A stretch of DNA of 64,000 nt from Octopus bimaculoides (Eukaryota). The position numbers were made by a program, and so were the translations under genes. Below are positions 26,125 through 38,247 of this stretch, one piece after another (position 1 is the first letter of the stretch; each line of letters begins with the position of its first letter). The DNA lies in contig NC_068982.1 in assembly GCF_001194135.2 (NCBI RefSeq), forward strand, positions 113,437,485 to 113,501,484. Direction: 5' to 3'. The notes under the pieces are model-generated. The model did not search any database, was not told where the DNA came from, and was given only the letters and a program-made list of their open reading frames with translations.

Positions 26125-27294
26125 TCAGGTCATCCCATAAGTTCTGTCCGAATTTTGAATTTTAAAAAAACAAGTAATCAAATGTTATATTTAATTGAAA
26201 TTTAATCATCAATGTACTTTCTCTGATTATCTATGACTTCCTTCCATCTATTTACAAGCTTTTTAATCCCATCAATGTAAAACTCTTTTGGTTTCGACCT
26301 CCTCCTGGCTTGCAAAAGTCATGTCCCCCCAAATGATTCTGTAAACTACGAAACAAATGGTAGTCTGAAGGAACAAGGTCAGGAGAATAAGGTGGATGAG
26401 GAATTTTTTCCCAACCAAGCTCTTCGATCTTCTGTGATGTGATCTTTGCAGTGTGGGGTCACGCATTAACTTGATGAAACATCACTCCTTTTCGATTCAC
26501 TAAAGCGGGTCTTTTTTCTTCAAAGCTTGGTTCAAACGCTCTAATTTCTGACAGTAGACTTGAACATTGATTGTTGCGTTAGGTGGTAACAATTCAAAGT
26601 GAATTACTCTTTTGNNNNNNNNNNNNNNNNNNNNNNNNNNNNNNNNNNNNNNNNNNNNNNNNNNNNNNNNNNNNNNNNNNNNNNNNNNNNNNNNNNNNNN
26701 NNNNNNNNNNNNNNNNNNNNNNNNNNNNNNNNNNNNNNNNNNNNNNNNNNNNNNNNNNNNNNNNNNNNNNNNNNNNNNNNNNNNNNNNNNNNNNNNNNNN
26801 NNNNNNNNNNNNNNNNNNNNNNNNNNNNNNNNNNNNNNNNNNNNNNNNNNNNNNNNNNNNNNNNNNNNNNNNNNNNNNNNNNNNNNNNNNNNNNNNNNNN
26901 NNNNNNNNNNNNNNNNNNNNCCTGTTCGATCTTCATCTTCAAAGCTGAAATCTCCACTTCTGAATTTTGCAAACCATCTTCTGCAAGTTCTTTCATTCAA
27001 TCATTCTTTCCCGTAAACTGAGTGTGTTTCGAGTCGCTTCGGCTGCAGAGTTTCCTTTTTTGTACTCATAAAGCATTATGTGCCTCAAATGCACTTTGGA
27101 TACTTCCACGTTAGAAAGGGTTTTAATCAAAGAAATTTTAATTCTATTATTCTGTAAAATAATATTTAATTAGCTTAAATGTACACAAATGCATAAAAAT
27201 AATTTTTAATTCCATTAGACATTCTAAAGTACTATTAAATTTCATTCAATTTTAAAAAAAGGTAAAATCGGACAGAATTTATGGAATGACCTGA
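26125..27294 (-). mobile_element. Mariner (D,D34D) transposon relic with both TIRs; gap N 26615-26920 inside
   Basis: 27-bp TIRs tcaggtcat(c/t)ccataa(g/a)ttctgtccga; right flank TA, left flank CA. Minus-strand transposase EVSKVHLRHIMLYEYKKGNSAAEA..RTCRRWFAKFRSGDFSFEDEDR / VIHFELLPPNATIN / HPPYSPDLVPSD. Stops, frameshifts and HQVNA for HQDNA. Confidence 0.92.
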
Positions 27295-27438
27295 TATATA
27301 TGCATATAATATTCAGACATGTATAATGAATAATATATATTTTAAGATATATACCATGTATAATATATACAAATAATATAAAAATAATATTAAGTAATAA
27401 ATAAATAATATATAATAATAATGTATATAATATGTGAG

Positions 27439-27502
<64 letters not shown>

Positions 27503-28640
27503 CTTCAGAAAATAGGTGTTACCTAAGACTGTGTAGCTGGGAACAGAGGTGGAATACTAGGTTCAAATTTAGTCGACTGGTAAAGCCAATGATCATTTTC
27601 TTCTGTGAGCCAGAAAATGTGTTATGTTCATGCATGCTATGTTTCATCAGAAACAGAAGCAGACATTCTTGTAATATCGATTACATCCTAAACGTCTGCT
27701 GACAATAACGGACAATTTGTTCGTCAACTGAAAATACCGTGTGACATTTCTCATATAAACTAGCATGATTAGCATCTCTTGTGCTATTTACAGCACTAGC
27801 GGAATAGCTCTCTTTCACTCGTCAACATAAACACGCACATTAAGAGACTAAGCTATGCAGACATTCAAGAAGAAAAAAGAATGATGAAGCAAACAGTTGA
27901 AAGACAGAAATAGTTTTAGCTTTGGTAATATCTACGAATTATTTCAATAATATTTCCTAGAAATTAGACCATGATGCAAGCTGGTGTCAACAATAGAGCG
28001 ATATAAATAATAGGATATTTCTGCTGAAGAAAATCCAAGACGGATCGGATTAAGGTATCAGCTATTATTTTTAGAACGTTGAAAATATCGGATTACGGCC
28101 TGAATATTGGATAACGCACATTGGTTTTCGTTGGAACAGAAAAGTATTCTTTTAGAATAATAATTATTGGCAGGTATATGTTTGACTTTGTTCAGACGCC
28201 CATTATAATGTAATTCAATGACAATAAATCCGATGCATTATGAAAATTTTCATATATAAAAAGTTCTTACTAATGGCTAAAATTACAAGAAAACTATGAT
28301 AGCGTTTTAAAATCTCATTTCATTTCTGGGCACTAACAATGTAGATCGAAATTGTTTTCTGGAAACTCATAATCTGAAATTGCAGCGAGAAACGAACCTG
28401 GGTCGTCATCTTCAGAATGTCATAATGTGAGAGTCGGAAAACGTTTTCCGAGACGAGCCGGATTAGAAATGTTATACCTTGCGTGCCAAAGCAAATAGAA
28501 GAAATGCAGATATGATCATACGAAAAGATAAACAGTTTGTGTGTGTGGATGGGTGTAGGTGTCTGTCTGTCTGTTTGTGTGTCTGTTTGTCTGTCAGTGT
28601 GTCTGTGTATGGTTGCGCGCGCGTGTGTGTGTGTGTGTGT

Positions 28641-28835
28641 GGCGAGCTGGCTAATCATTAGCACGTCGGCCAAAATGCTTTCTTCTGGTTCTTTTCCTTC
28701 TGAGTTCAAATTCCGCCGAGGTCGATTTTGCTGCTCCTCTTTTCGGAGTTGATAAGTACAACTTGAGAATTGGGGTCAATGTAACCGACTTACTCACTCT
28801 ATTTAAAATTGTTGATCTTCCACCAAAACCTGAAG
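28641..28835 (+). mobile_element. tRNA-derived SINE copy
   Basis: ggcgagctgg..ttagcacg..tgagttcaaattccgccgaggtcga, the same family as 38032 and 40705-41549. Confidence 0.85.
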
Positions 28836-28980
28836 CTATTCTTTTTTTTAAATCATGCGTTGTACTGAAGAAATCACTACACGTGTGATAGCACTTAGCA
28901 CTAGAAAAAATAACGGCATGCAGGGAAGGGTTAAACCATCTTTAGATAAGATGAGTGATTTCGTTTGGGGTTTCGAGTTA

Positions 28981-29869
28981 AAAAATATTGAATAGTTATG
29001 ATGAACTGTAAAGACAAGAGAAGTGTTTAAATCGATGAATGAAGAAAATTAAAGGATTAAATTCGTTTTCCAATGATAAACAACAGAAACTAATGCAAAC
29101 GGATAAAGGATGAAATATGAGATATCAAGTACAAATCTTAATGTTGTTAAGGGCGTCTTACCTGTTTACGTCATCGAACAATTGAATATTTCTTTTTTCT
29201 TCTTTCATGTGATAGCATGAATTACGCTGTCAGTTTTTGTAGCAGCATTCTTTTGGGAAAGTGAAAACATTTACTACATAAAATATTGCACGCGGGAAAC
29301 TTTCAATTTCTTAACAAATGGAGGAATCTCATTTTTTAATTTTTTTTGTTTTTACTTTTTTATCAATATTACACACTGCTTCATCTGAAACCACTGCAAA
29401 AATATGACTTTTACTCTATTTTGTAATACTGAATTTTATTTACTTATACTGCGTTTTATGACTATTCACAGATAAACAGGGAAAACACACCGTAGTTATC
29501 TGAACCTTGTTTTTCATGGTTTTTACTACCTAAATACTCAAAGTGTTTAAACGTACTATTCGGCTATGCTCAATATTTCAGTGAATGAACTTCTTCACCA
29601 AGCAACATGACGAATAACTTCTGTCGACGCTGTCCCCACAACCATCAGGTTGTTGAGACAGCGTTGTACATTATAGATTCTGTGATGAACTAGGTCACTT
29701 GTAAAAAAAATCTTGAATAGTTATGATGAATTGTAAAGACAAGAGAAGTGATTAAATCGATGAATGAAGAAAATTAAGGGATTAAATTCGTTTTTCAATG
29801 ATAAACAACAGAAATTAATGCAAACGGATTAAGGATGAAATATATGAGATATCAAGTAGAAATCTTAAT
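28981..29869. repeat. Two ~160-bp direct repeats (28981-29142 and 29706-29869)
   Basis: The copies align end to end with about ten differences including a 2-bp indel, separated by about 560 bp of unrelated sequence. Confidence 0.92.
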
Positions 29870-32800
29870 CAGAATTAGATTTAATTTACACATTGTATTT
29901 TCTGCCCTTATCATTTCAGTGAACAATAATATTAAGAAAATATCAATATAATTTAATTATTTTCATCTATAATCTTTTAATAATATTTTCAATATATTTA
30001 AATTTTAAAACAATAGTAGCACCGTTTTCCATAGGGCATTTTCTTTGTCTATACATTTTTTTTAAGCTAATTCAGAGGCTAAGATAAAGCACGAATGAAT
30101 ATATGGTCACTAGCAAATGCAAAGTTTTCAAATTAGCATCAACTGAACAAGTTCGATAATTTACGCTCTTGCATGTCGTGGTTAAAAGTCATAGCTTAAT
30201 TGTCAAAATTACATTTTCTATACTATTTAGTATAGCAGCAACTTCACCAGATTGGAAGCAATAATTTAAACCATTAAAATTAATATTTCCTGTAGATAAG
30301 CTAAGATGTTCAACAGCAGAATTCAGCATTTTAATTCAATTGTTGATGCCATTCGAAAACTGAACCAAAGTGAATCAGACCTACGGATATCAAATTATTG
30401 ACGCACGAGGTTCATAAATGTTACAGTCGAAAAAATCCGTTATCTTTAGTAGAAAAATTACGTTACAAAAGCTAATATCAAGTCATACTTATTTCGTAGT
30501 CATTAGTATACAGTAGATTGCCGTGAAAAAGACTACTAATTGTGTGCATTTATTTATTAAACAAAAAAATTATCAAAAGTTATTATATTTTCATGGAGAA
30601 TATACCATGACAAAGAGTTACTGAACGATTATTCATGAACCACATTGAACAGTATTCTCTTTCCTACTGTATTTAATATTTTCATTTTTGTGTCTGTTTA
30701 TTTTGTGTTTTGTTTTTGTTTTTCAACAAGGTCAAGACAGATTATATTGCATAATTTGGTTATTCATGAGAAAAAGATTGAAAATGTTCATCGATGATAA
30801 TTAAGATATCATAAGCTGAAAAGAAACAAACAGTTGTAAGTGATAAAATATTAAAACACTTTTACGAACTTACAAGAATACTGAATTGTAACATGATCAA
30901 ATTTAAATCTATTCCAGAAAAGAAAAAAGAGAAAAAAGAAAAGAAAAATCTTAACCGTCTCAAAAATCTTTTCTGATTTAGCTTTCATTAACGATACTAA
31001 TGTACTACTGGTCAGTTTAAATTCTACATTATCTTAGGCTGAGGAACATTTGGAGTTGCTGACCTAAAATGAACTACAGCAACATGTATGCACACATACA
31101 CAGACAGAGATCAGCATGCAGTGATTCATTCACTTTAGGTATTAATCGCATGGCTTAACAATTCAATTTCTTCTGTACGCAATCCAAGAGAGCTTGTGTG
31201 TGTCTTGACGTATAATTATTTAAACAAGACTATATTTATCTTGAAATGGGCGGTTTAGCTCTGTGAAGTGAAGGAAAGATTAATTTTATAACCATATTTG
31301 ACTGATTGGCTTTTGGGCAGATTGCCCAAAATATCATTTACTAATGCTGGTGTTGAAAGAAAATTCAGATCTCATTGATTGATTTTAAGTTCATACATAC
31401 ATACATAAACATATGCGTGTATGCATGCATGTATGTACATATTTGCGTATGTACATGTGTGTATGTGTGTGGGCGGGGGGGGGAAGAGAAATTCATGAAT
31501 AGTTTTTATGTATACCTTAAATATAAAGCTGAATAAAGAACTCAATATGGATGAAGTTGAGTTAACTGTTTATATTTTAAAAGTCGACAGCGATTTCGAA
31601 GTTTTCTGAAATTTTATATTTCATGCTGTCAGAGGGGATCTATTTATCAGTAGTATATTAACGTGGAATGTTTTTTTGCTCTGATATAGTGTATTTAGGA
31701 CAACATTATCCAAAATAACCGGCGTGTCCTCCCCATTTATATGAATGATGTTCAAAAACTCATATAAGGCGTAATTTAAAAATTTTTGTTTCTTTCTCGT
31801 ACATATAAGTACGAGTCTCTGTATGTTTGTGAGCCCACATATATATGTGTATATGTATGCACACACACACACACATACACATGTATATGCATTGTTTTGT
31901 ATATTTATTGAGATAGATATATGCATATTTGGCATATTTGTATATAGTAAATACACGCTTGTAAGTATATATATGAGTGTGTATATATATCTGTGCCTGT
32001 TAGTGTATGTGTAGTTGCATGTCTGCATATGCGCGCGCGCATAATATTTATCAGCTAATAAAATAAAATGTAAATGTTGTCGATCATGAATTATATTTTA
32101 CCTCAATGTTATAAGGTCAAATTTACAAAATTTGTTCAGAGCAGTGGAAACGCAAAACGCTCATTACAAGTGAGTGTCTTCTCAATAAGCAGTTTTTCAC
32201 TTAAGAACGTTTAGCCTGGATAAATGCCACATTCAGCCTTGTTATACCTTTTCATCTGTCACTGTTGTGTGAATAAGAATACCACCTAGAAAAAGAACTG
32301 TTTTGAAAGAGATTGTGCTTAAGTGAATTTAAACTGCATTCAGCCGAATCTTCCATAAATTTCACTAATTATATGTTCCTAGTTAATATTACTACTTACG
32401 ATTCTAAAGCTGAATGAGTTCGGTATAGTCTGGAATAAACTGTTGCATATGTTCTTAACATCTTTTAGTGTAAACTATATTATGATTAACACCGATATGT
32501 GCAACAGGCAAGCCGACAAAGAAGCTTCTACAAGGCAAGTCCACTACCCAGTTGTTTCAGTAAATCTTCCTCAGATTGAATCTTGGTAAAACTGAAGGAG
32601 GTGCTCGAAATATTGGTTACTGTAGTCCCAGGCACTCTATGTCCGAACAAAATGAAATTATCACAACTAAATGAAATCTATTGCAGGTCTTCTCGCTCAT
32701 TGCTGAACTGTAAGTAAACAATATCAGCAGTTTGACTTCTAGAAATACCAAATCTAAAATTTACCCTTTGTCGATTAAACAAAGGAAGGAGAAATCAGAG

Positions 32801-33601
32801 TGTTTGAAAACAATACACCTGGAAAAACTGGAATAGACACAACTGGAATGCCTTTTCTGAATCACTGTTGATTTGTCTCTAAATGTCAACAAGAACTAGT
32901 AAACAAAGAGTTAAAGATAAAGTTGAAGGACAATATTAATTGTCTTTGTTGTGCCGAGTCTGGTAGATATTGTTCGACAAATAAGTTCCTCAGCGATTTC
33001 AGTCGCATCTTCCTACAGCTGCCGAATCACCATCAATTTTCACAGTACTACTATAAACTGAAAGATACTTTGAATAAAGCAGTCTTGAATACGGAATGAC
33101 TGGCAGATGGAGTAGATATTCATAGGTGTCACTTTTTGGCTTAGTGAAAACAAACGTAAGGCTAAAACACAGCGTCCTGACCGGAAACACCTATCAATGT
33201 CTCTTTGTTTGATTGGACTAGTATAGAGCATATAGCAGATTTGATTCAATCAAGTCTATACAAACTATGAGTAGATGTGTACTATTCATGTGTGGTTGGG
33301 TAATAAACATGTTGTTAATGTTGTTATTGTTGATGTGGTGGTCGAAGAAAATGAAAATATTAGAACCAGTTTATGACTGAATAAATGCGAGAAACTACCG
33401 CACAGTTTGTACTCCCACATCACTAAGCAGGATTAGGCTTTTATAGAAGCTGTTGAATCACAAACATTTATAAGAAATATATCATAATGCTTCACTACAT
33501 GTAGATTTTTAAAATAATTTAGGGATTCATTTTTTAGCTGTTACTCCAATGAGGGGAAAGAGACCATGATTTCTTAGGTTTTTCTAGACTTTTGAGATCG
33601 A

Positions 33602-34065
33602 TGTAGTTGATATTCAGTTTGAAGATTTGTAGATCAATCGTTTATAGGTCGCTAATTCGTAGGGCCACATTAGCTTGAAAGTGTGTAGGCTCATGATCTG
33701 TAGATCGACAAATAAGGTCGTCGATGAAGGGAAGAAAACCACGGGATGAAATAGTGGAATAAACGGTAAGTGGAGAATACACAAAATTCGTTGGGAAAGG
33801 TATATAAACAGCTAGTTCAAAAGAGTAGAGTAGACAGCGAGTCCATCATCCTGAGTCTGTTGCGTGTTTTTGGAGTATTTGCTTAGTGATGTGAGAGTAC
33901 AAACTGTGCGGCAGTTTTTCGTATTTATTCAATAATAAACTGATTCCAATATTCTCATTTCTACGATATTTGGGTGTGTAGCAACAGAACTGTCTCAAAT
34001 AGATAACCTGTATTCAATTATTTGTCTTATTTGGAATTCTTAGGTCTACAACTGATGAGACCTGA
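33602..34065 (+). mobile_element. Probable LTR with degenerate primer-binding site
   Basis: TGTAG (33602) and CTACA (34046-34050) form inverted termini. TATATAAA near 33801 and AATAAA near 33934. Followed by ac-TGATGAGACC (PBS-like, TGG mutated). No partner LTR or TSD found. Confidence 0.45.
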
Positions 34066-34648
34066 CAGATTCTCTGGTCCTGATAATCAAGATGATTTAG
34101 AGATTAGGGCTAGAGTAAAACATGCAACAATCACATCAGTGTTTTAAATAGGTTAGATATTAATGCTGAAGGAGAGGGAAGAGGAATTTGGGGTATGTCC
34201 TGTTAAGGAATGCGGAAGATGTAGAAAAGAAATAGTTTAAAAGAGGCACTCAAGGCAGCGCCATGAAAATGTGCCGTAGTTAAATGGCCTGACGGAAAGT
34301 TTTGATGTACGCTTTCAGAGGCAAATAAATTCATAACCAAAAGAATTTATGCAAAACAGGGTCAAAGATTAGCAAATGATAACGGAGAATATGAATTTTA
34401 TATTCACCTAAAGTTTCAGGAACACAAGGCAATTGGAGAGTAACATAAAGGAAACTGACCCCAACAGATGAAGTGTCGTGAGTTCATAGTTTCTTGACCC
34501 AGTATACTAAAATGGAAAGCCAATAAGATATCGCTTTTAGATAAAGCGTCCCTACATAAAATTTTATATATTGCGTTATTGAGGAGAAAAATAAATAATA
34601 CATAATGAGGATAAAATGTTGAAAGGTGTGATAATAATATGTGTATGC

Positions 34649-34687
<39 letters not shown>

Positions 34688-36234
34688 TATATATTTACAT
34701 ATATATGTATATATATATGTTAAATATGTATATATATGTATGTATGTTTGAATATGGATAACAACTTATGCAATTACAGTTTAAGTAGCTGTTCGACTAT
34801 AACACTTGTGACGAAAGTTCTTCAGATCAAAGAAATATCAACAAAACATCTTAGAACGAACTTTTAATTGTACAGACATATTTCTCCCCTATTAAAGTGA
34901 ATATGTGGCCTATGCTTCATCACACAGACGTGTGCGCGTACATACACACATAGATATGCTGAATGAAATATACATAAGTAAAAGCAGCACTCTTATATTC
35001 ACGATTATTCGGACACATAAACACCATATACGCACATATAATATATATTCATACGTGTACAAATATATGCATACCTGCAAATGCAAATGTACTCCTAAAC
35101 ACAATCTTGAAAGCTAATTTAAGCAAAAAGCAATCACAGATGTATATATACATATATANNNNNNNNNNNNNNNNNNNNNNNNNNNNNNNNNNNNNNNNNN
35201 NNNNNNNNNNNNNNNNNNNNNNNNNNNNNNNNNNNNNNNNNNNNNNNNNNNNNNNNNNNNNNNNNNNNNNNNNNNNNNNNNNNNNNNNNNNNNNNNNNNN
35301 NNNNNNNNNNNNNNNNNNNNNNNNNNNNNNNNNNNNNNNNNNNNNNNNNNNNNNNNNNNNNNNNNNNNNNNNNNNNNNNNNNNNNNNNNNNNNNNNNNNN
35401 NNNNNNNNNNNNNNNNNNNNNNNNNNNNNNNNNNNNNNNNNNNNNNNNNNNNNNNNNNNNNNNNNNNNNNNNNNNNNNNNNNNNNNNNNNNNNNNNNNNN
35501 NNNNNNNNNNNNNNNNNNNNNNNNNNNNNNNNNNNNNNNNNNNNNNNNNNNNNNNNNNNNNNNNNNNNNNNNNNNNNNNNNNNNNNNNNNNNNNNNNNNN
35601 NNNNNNNNNNNNNNNNNNNNNNNNNNNNNNNNNNNNNNNNNNNNNNNNNNNNNNNNNNNNNNNNNNNNNNNNNNNNNNNNNNNNNNNNNNNNNNNNNNNN
35701 NNNNNNNNNNNNNNNNNNNNNNNNNNNNNNNNNNNNNNNNNNNNNNNNNNNNNNNNNNNNNNNNNNNNNNNNNNNNNNNNNNNNNNNNNNNNNNNNNNNN
35801 NNNNNNNNNNNNNNNNNNNNNNNNNNNNNNNNNNNNNNNNNNNNGTGTGTGTGTGTGTGTGTGTGTGTGCGTGCGTGTGTGTGTGTAAATATATATATAT
35901 ATATATATAGTTTAGGACAATCAGTAAGTTGTTATTATAGTACTCAGAGTTTCAAATGCCGGAACGAAGAGCTACGATACATTCTCGTTTGCTATTAATG
36001 GCAATAGACGCTATGAAAAACCGTTGAATAACAGGGAAGTTACTCTAATATGTACAAAAATATATATAAGATAAAAAATATACGCAACCATATTCTCACA
36101 ATACATAGACATAAAACCTCCTGCATTTATAACGTCCACATACGTACACACTCACGCAAATATGTATATGTACTTGCACATACACACACAAACATATATG
36201 TGCATGTACGTATTCATACCTATACACATATGGA

Positions 36235-36392
36235 TATGTGTGTTTACTTCCCAGTAATCTAGCGGTTCGGTAAAAGGTTCCGATATAATAAGTGCTAGGC
36301 TTACAAAGAATAAGTCCTGGGGTCGATTTGTTCGACTAAAGGCGGTGTTCCAGCATGGCCGCAGTCAAATGCGTGAAACAAATAGAATAATT
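36235..36392 (+). mobile_element. 3' half of a SINE, following a CA/TA-rich stretch
   Basis: ctagcggttcgg..ggcttacaaagaataagtcctggggtcgatttgttcgactaaaggcggtgttccagcatggccgcagtcaaatg; reverse match to 51885-52030. Confidence 0.85.
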
Positions 36393-36395
36393 AAA

Positions 36396-36431
<36 letters not shown>

Positions 36432-38031
36432 CGGAGATTTGGTTGCTATTTCTAGCAGGTAATGAGATAATACTGACGCTACCTCATTGGTTTGATAATT
36501 TGATAAGAAAAGATGTTTCTTGTAACCTGAAACATGCCAAGTTAAAGAATTCTTCCCGCAGACCAACGCATTACATCCGTTTCTTTTGTTTATTTGTAAA
36601 GAATGCAGAACATTTATTCACGCATTGCATCACCAGTGTGTTTATCACTTTACATTGCGTCTACGTCTTGTTTTAATGATGAATAAAATAATTATTACTA
36701 AAATGTATTTAATAAAAAATAAAATAAAACATTAGAAAATCCAGGACAAATACCCTTCCATGTTACATCTATTAAGAGATTTTTCATACATTTGAAACCT
36801 TTTTCGTAGGTTTTCAATGTTCATCACGATGTACAATCGAAATAAGTAATCAGAGTACGCTTAGAAGCGAAAGCTTTGAAAAAATATTTATTTGAAGGAT
36901 TTCTTTGTAACCGTAGTTTTATTTTTGAAGGTTCTATGATAATTTCTAGTGGTGAAAAAAAAATTAAAGCCATGTATTACAAACGTAGGAAAAAGAACAT
37001 ATAAACTGAAATACATAAATTGTTGTGAGGTGACTTAGGGTCTACATTTATAGAAGCTGCGTTGCAAAATGGAACAGCGTGGTCATCCATAGAGGAATCT
37101 TTTTGCTTTCAGATTCAGGCTGAATAAGCAATAATTAGTATAATTCATTTACATAATCTTGACTTCTGTTTGTGGTGAAACGTCAAAGAGGGAATATCAA
37201 TGAAGCTATAATGCAGAGTTTCTTTGGCTACAAATCAATAGTCATATGGAAATGTATATTATGTCGCACCGTTTGAATATTGGGTATTCCTTTTACTGAA
37301 GTGTTCCAAGTTATTTCTTCAAAACTAATGAAGACTTTAAACTGTAATAGATTTCTTTCCTATACAAAGCTTTTGTAATAGCTACATCATATATTTGTAT
37401 TTTCAGTATACTACAAATTCTGAAAATGGAGGAAAAGTTTAGAAGTGAGTAGTGCATTTCAATGAGGAAACTCACAGTATGATTGATACGGGATGCGCAG
37501 AAAACGGTTGTGGCATGGAGATTAGTGTTGACGACATATGCAACTAACTAGATTCAAGGATCAGAGTTCATTATATAGTAAGGAAAAAAAGACTGATTGA
37601 GAACATCATATTTATAAGACAGATGTTTGGTCTGTTAATGAATGACTAAGTGACAATTAGTTGGGCGGTCAAGTTTTGCAGTCCTGAAGTCTGTGTGTAT
37701 ATTGCAGTAGAGAGAAATTGTGTGACAGTCATTTCTTTATTAAGGATATTATCATCAAGCGGAAAATGAACCGTAAAATCAAAAGAATGTGTGAAATCTA
37801 CTATTGAACTTGTCTGACAATGTTTGCTACTGCTTCTGTGTCAGGATTGCAGAGCATACTTTGCACATATAAAGAGCAAAACAAAATTTTACGTAACTGG
37901 TTCTGAAACCATTTGATATAAATAATCTTATAGTAATTGCATGTCATTGTAAAATTGTTTACTTCATTCTTCATTAAGAACACATTGATGAAATTTTCAT
38001 CAAAAATATTTGTTTTTAATATTTGTGTAAC

Positions 38032-38247
38032 AAGGACGGCAAGCTGACAAACCCGTTAGCACGCCGGACAAAATGCTTAGAGGTATTTCGTCCGTCTTTA
38101 CGTTCTGGGTTCAAATTCTGCTGAGCTCAACTTTACCTTTCATCCCTTTGGGGGTCGATAAGATAAGTAGCAGTGGAGCCCTGGGGTCGATGTAATCGAC
38201 TTACCCCCACCTCCGAAATTGCTGGCCTTGAGATAAAATTTGAAATC
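38032..38247 (+). mobile_element. tRNA-derived SINE copy
   Basis: A-box-like head, B-box gggttcaaattc and body ggggtcgata..ctggggtcgatgtaatcgac. Confidence 0.9.

Noticed and set aside
28981-29869. Direct repeats as the LTR pair of a TRIM
   Set aside because: No terminal CA, PBS, PPT or TSD.
34052-34085. CTGATGA followed by a GACC/GGTC stem, suggesting a hammerhead
   Set aside because: No GAAA follows the stem. It is better explained as the PBS region of the LTR.
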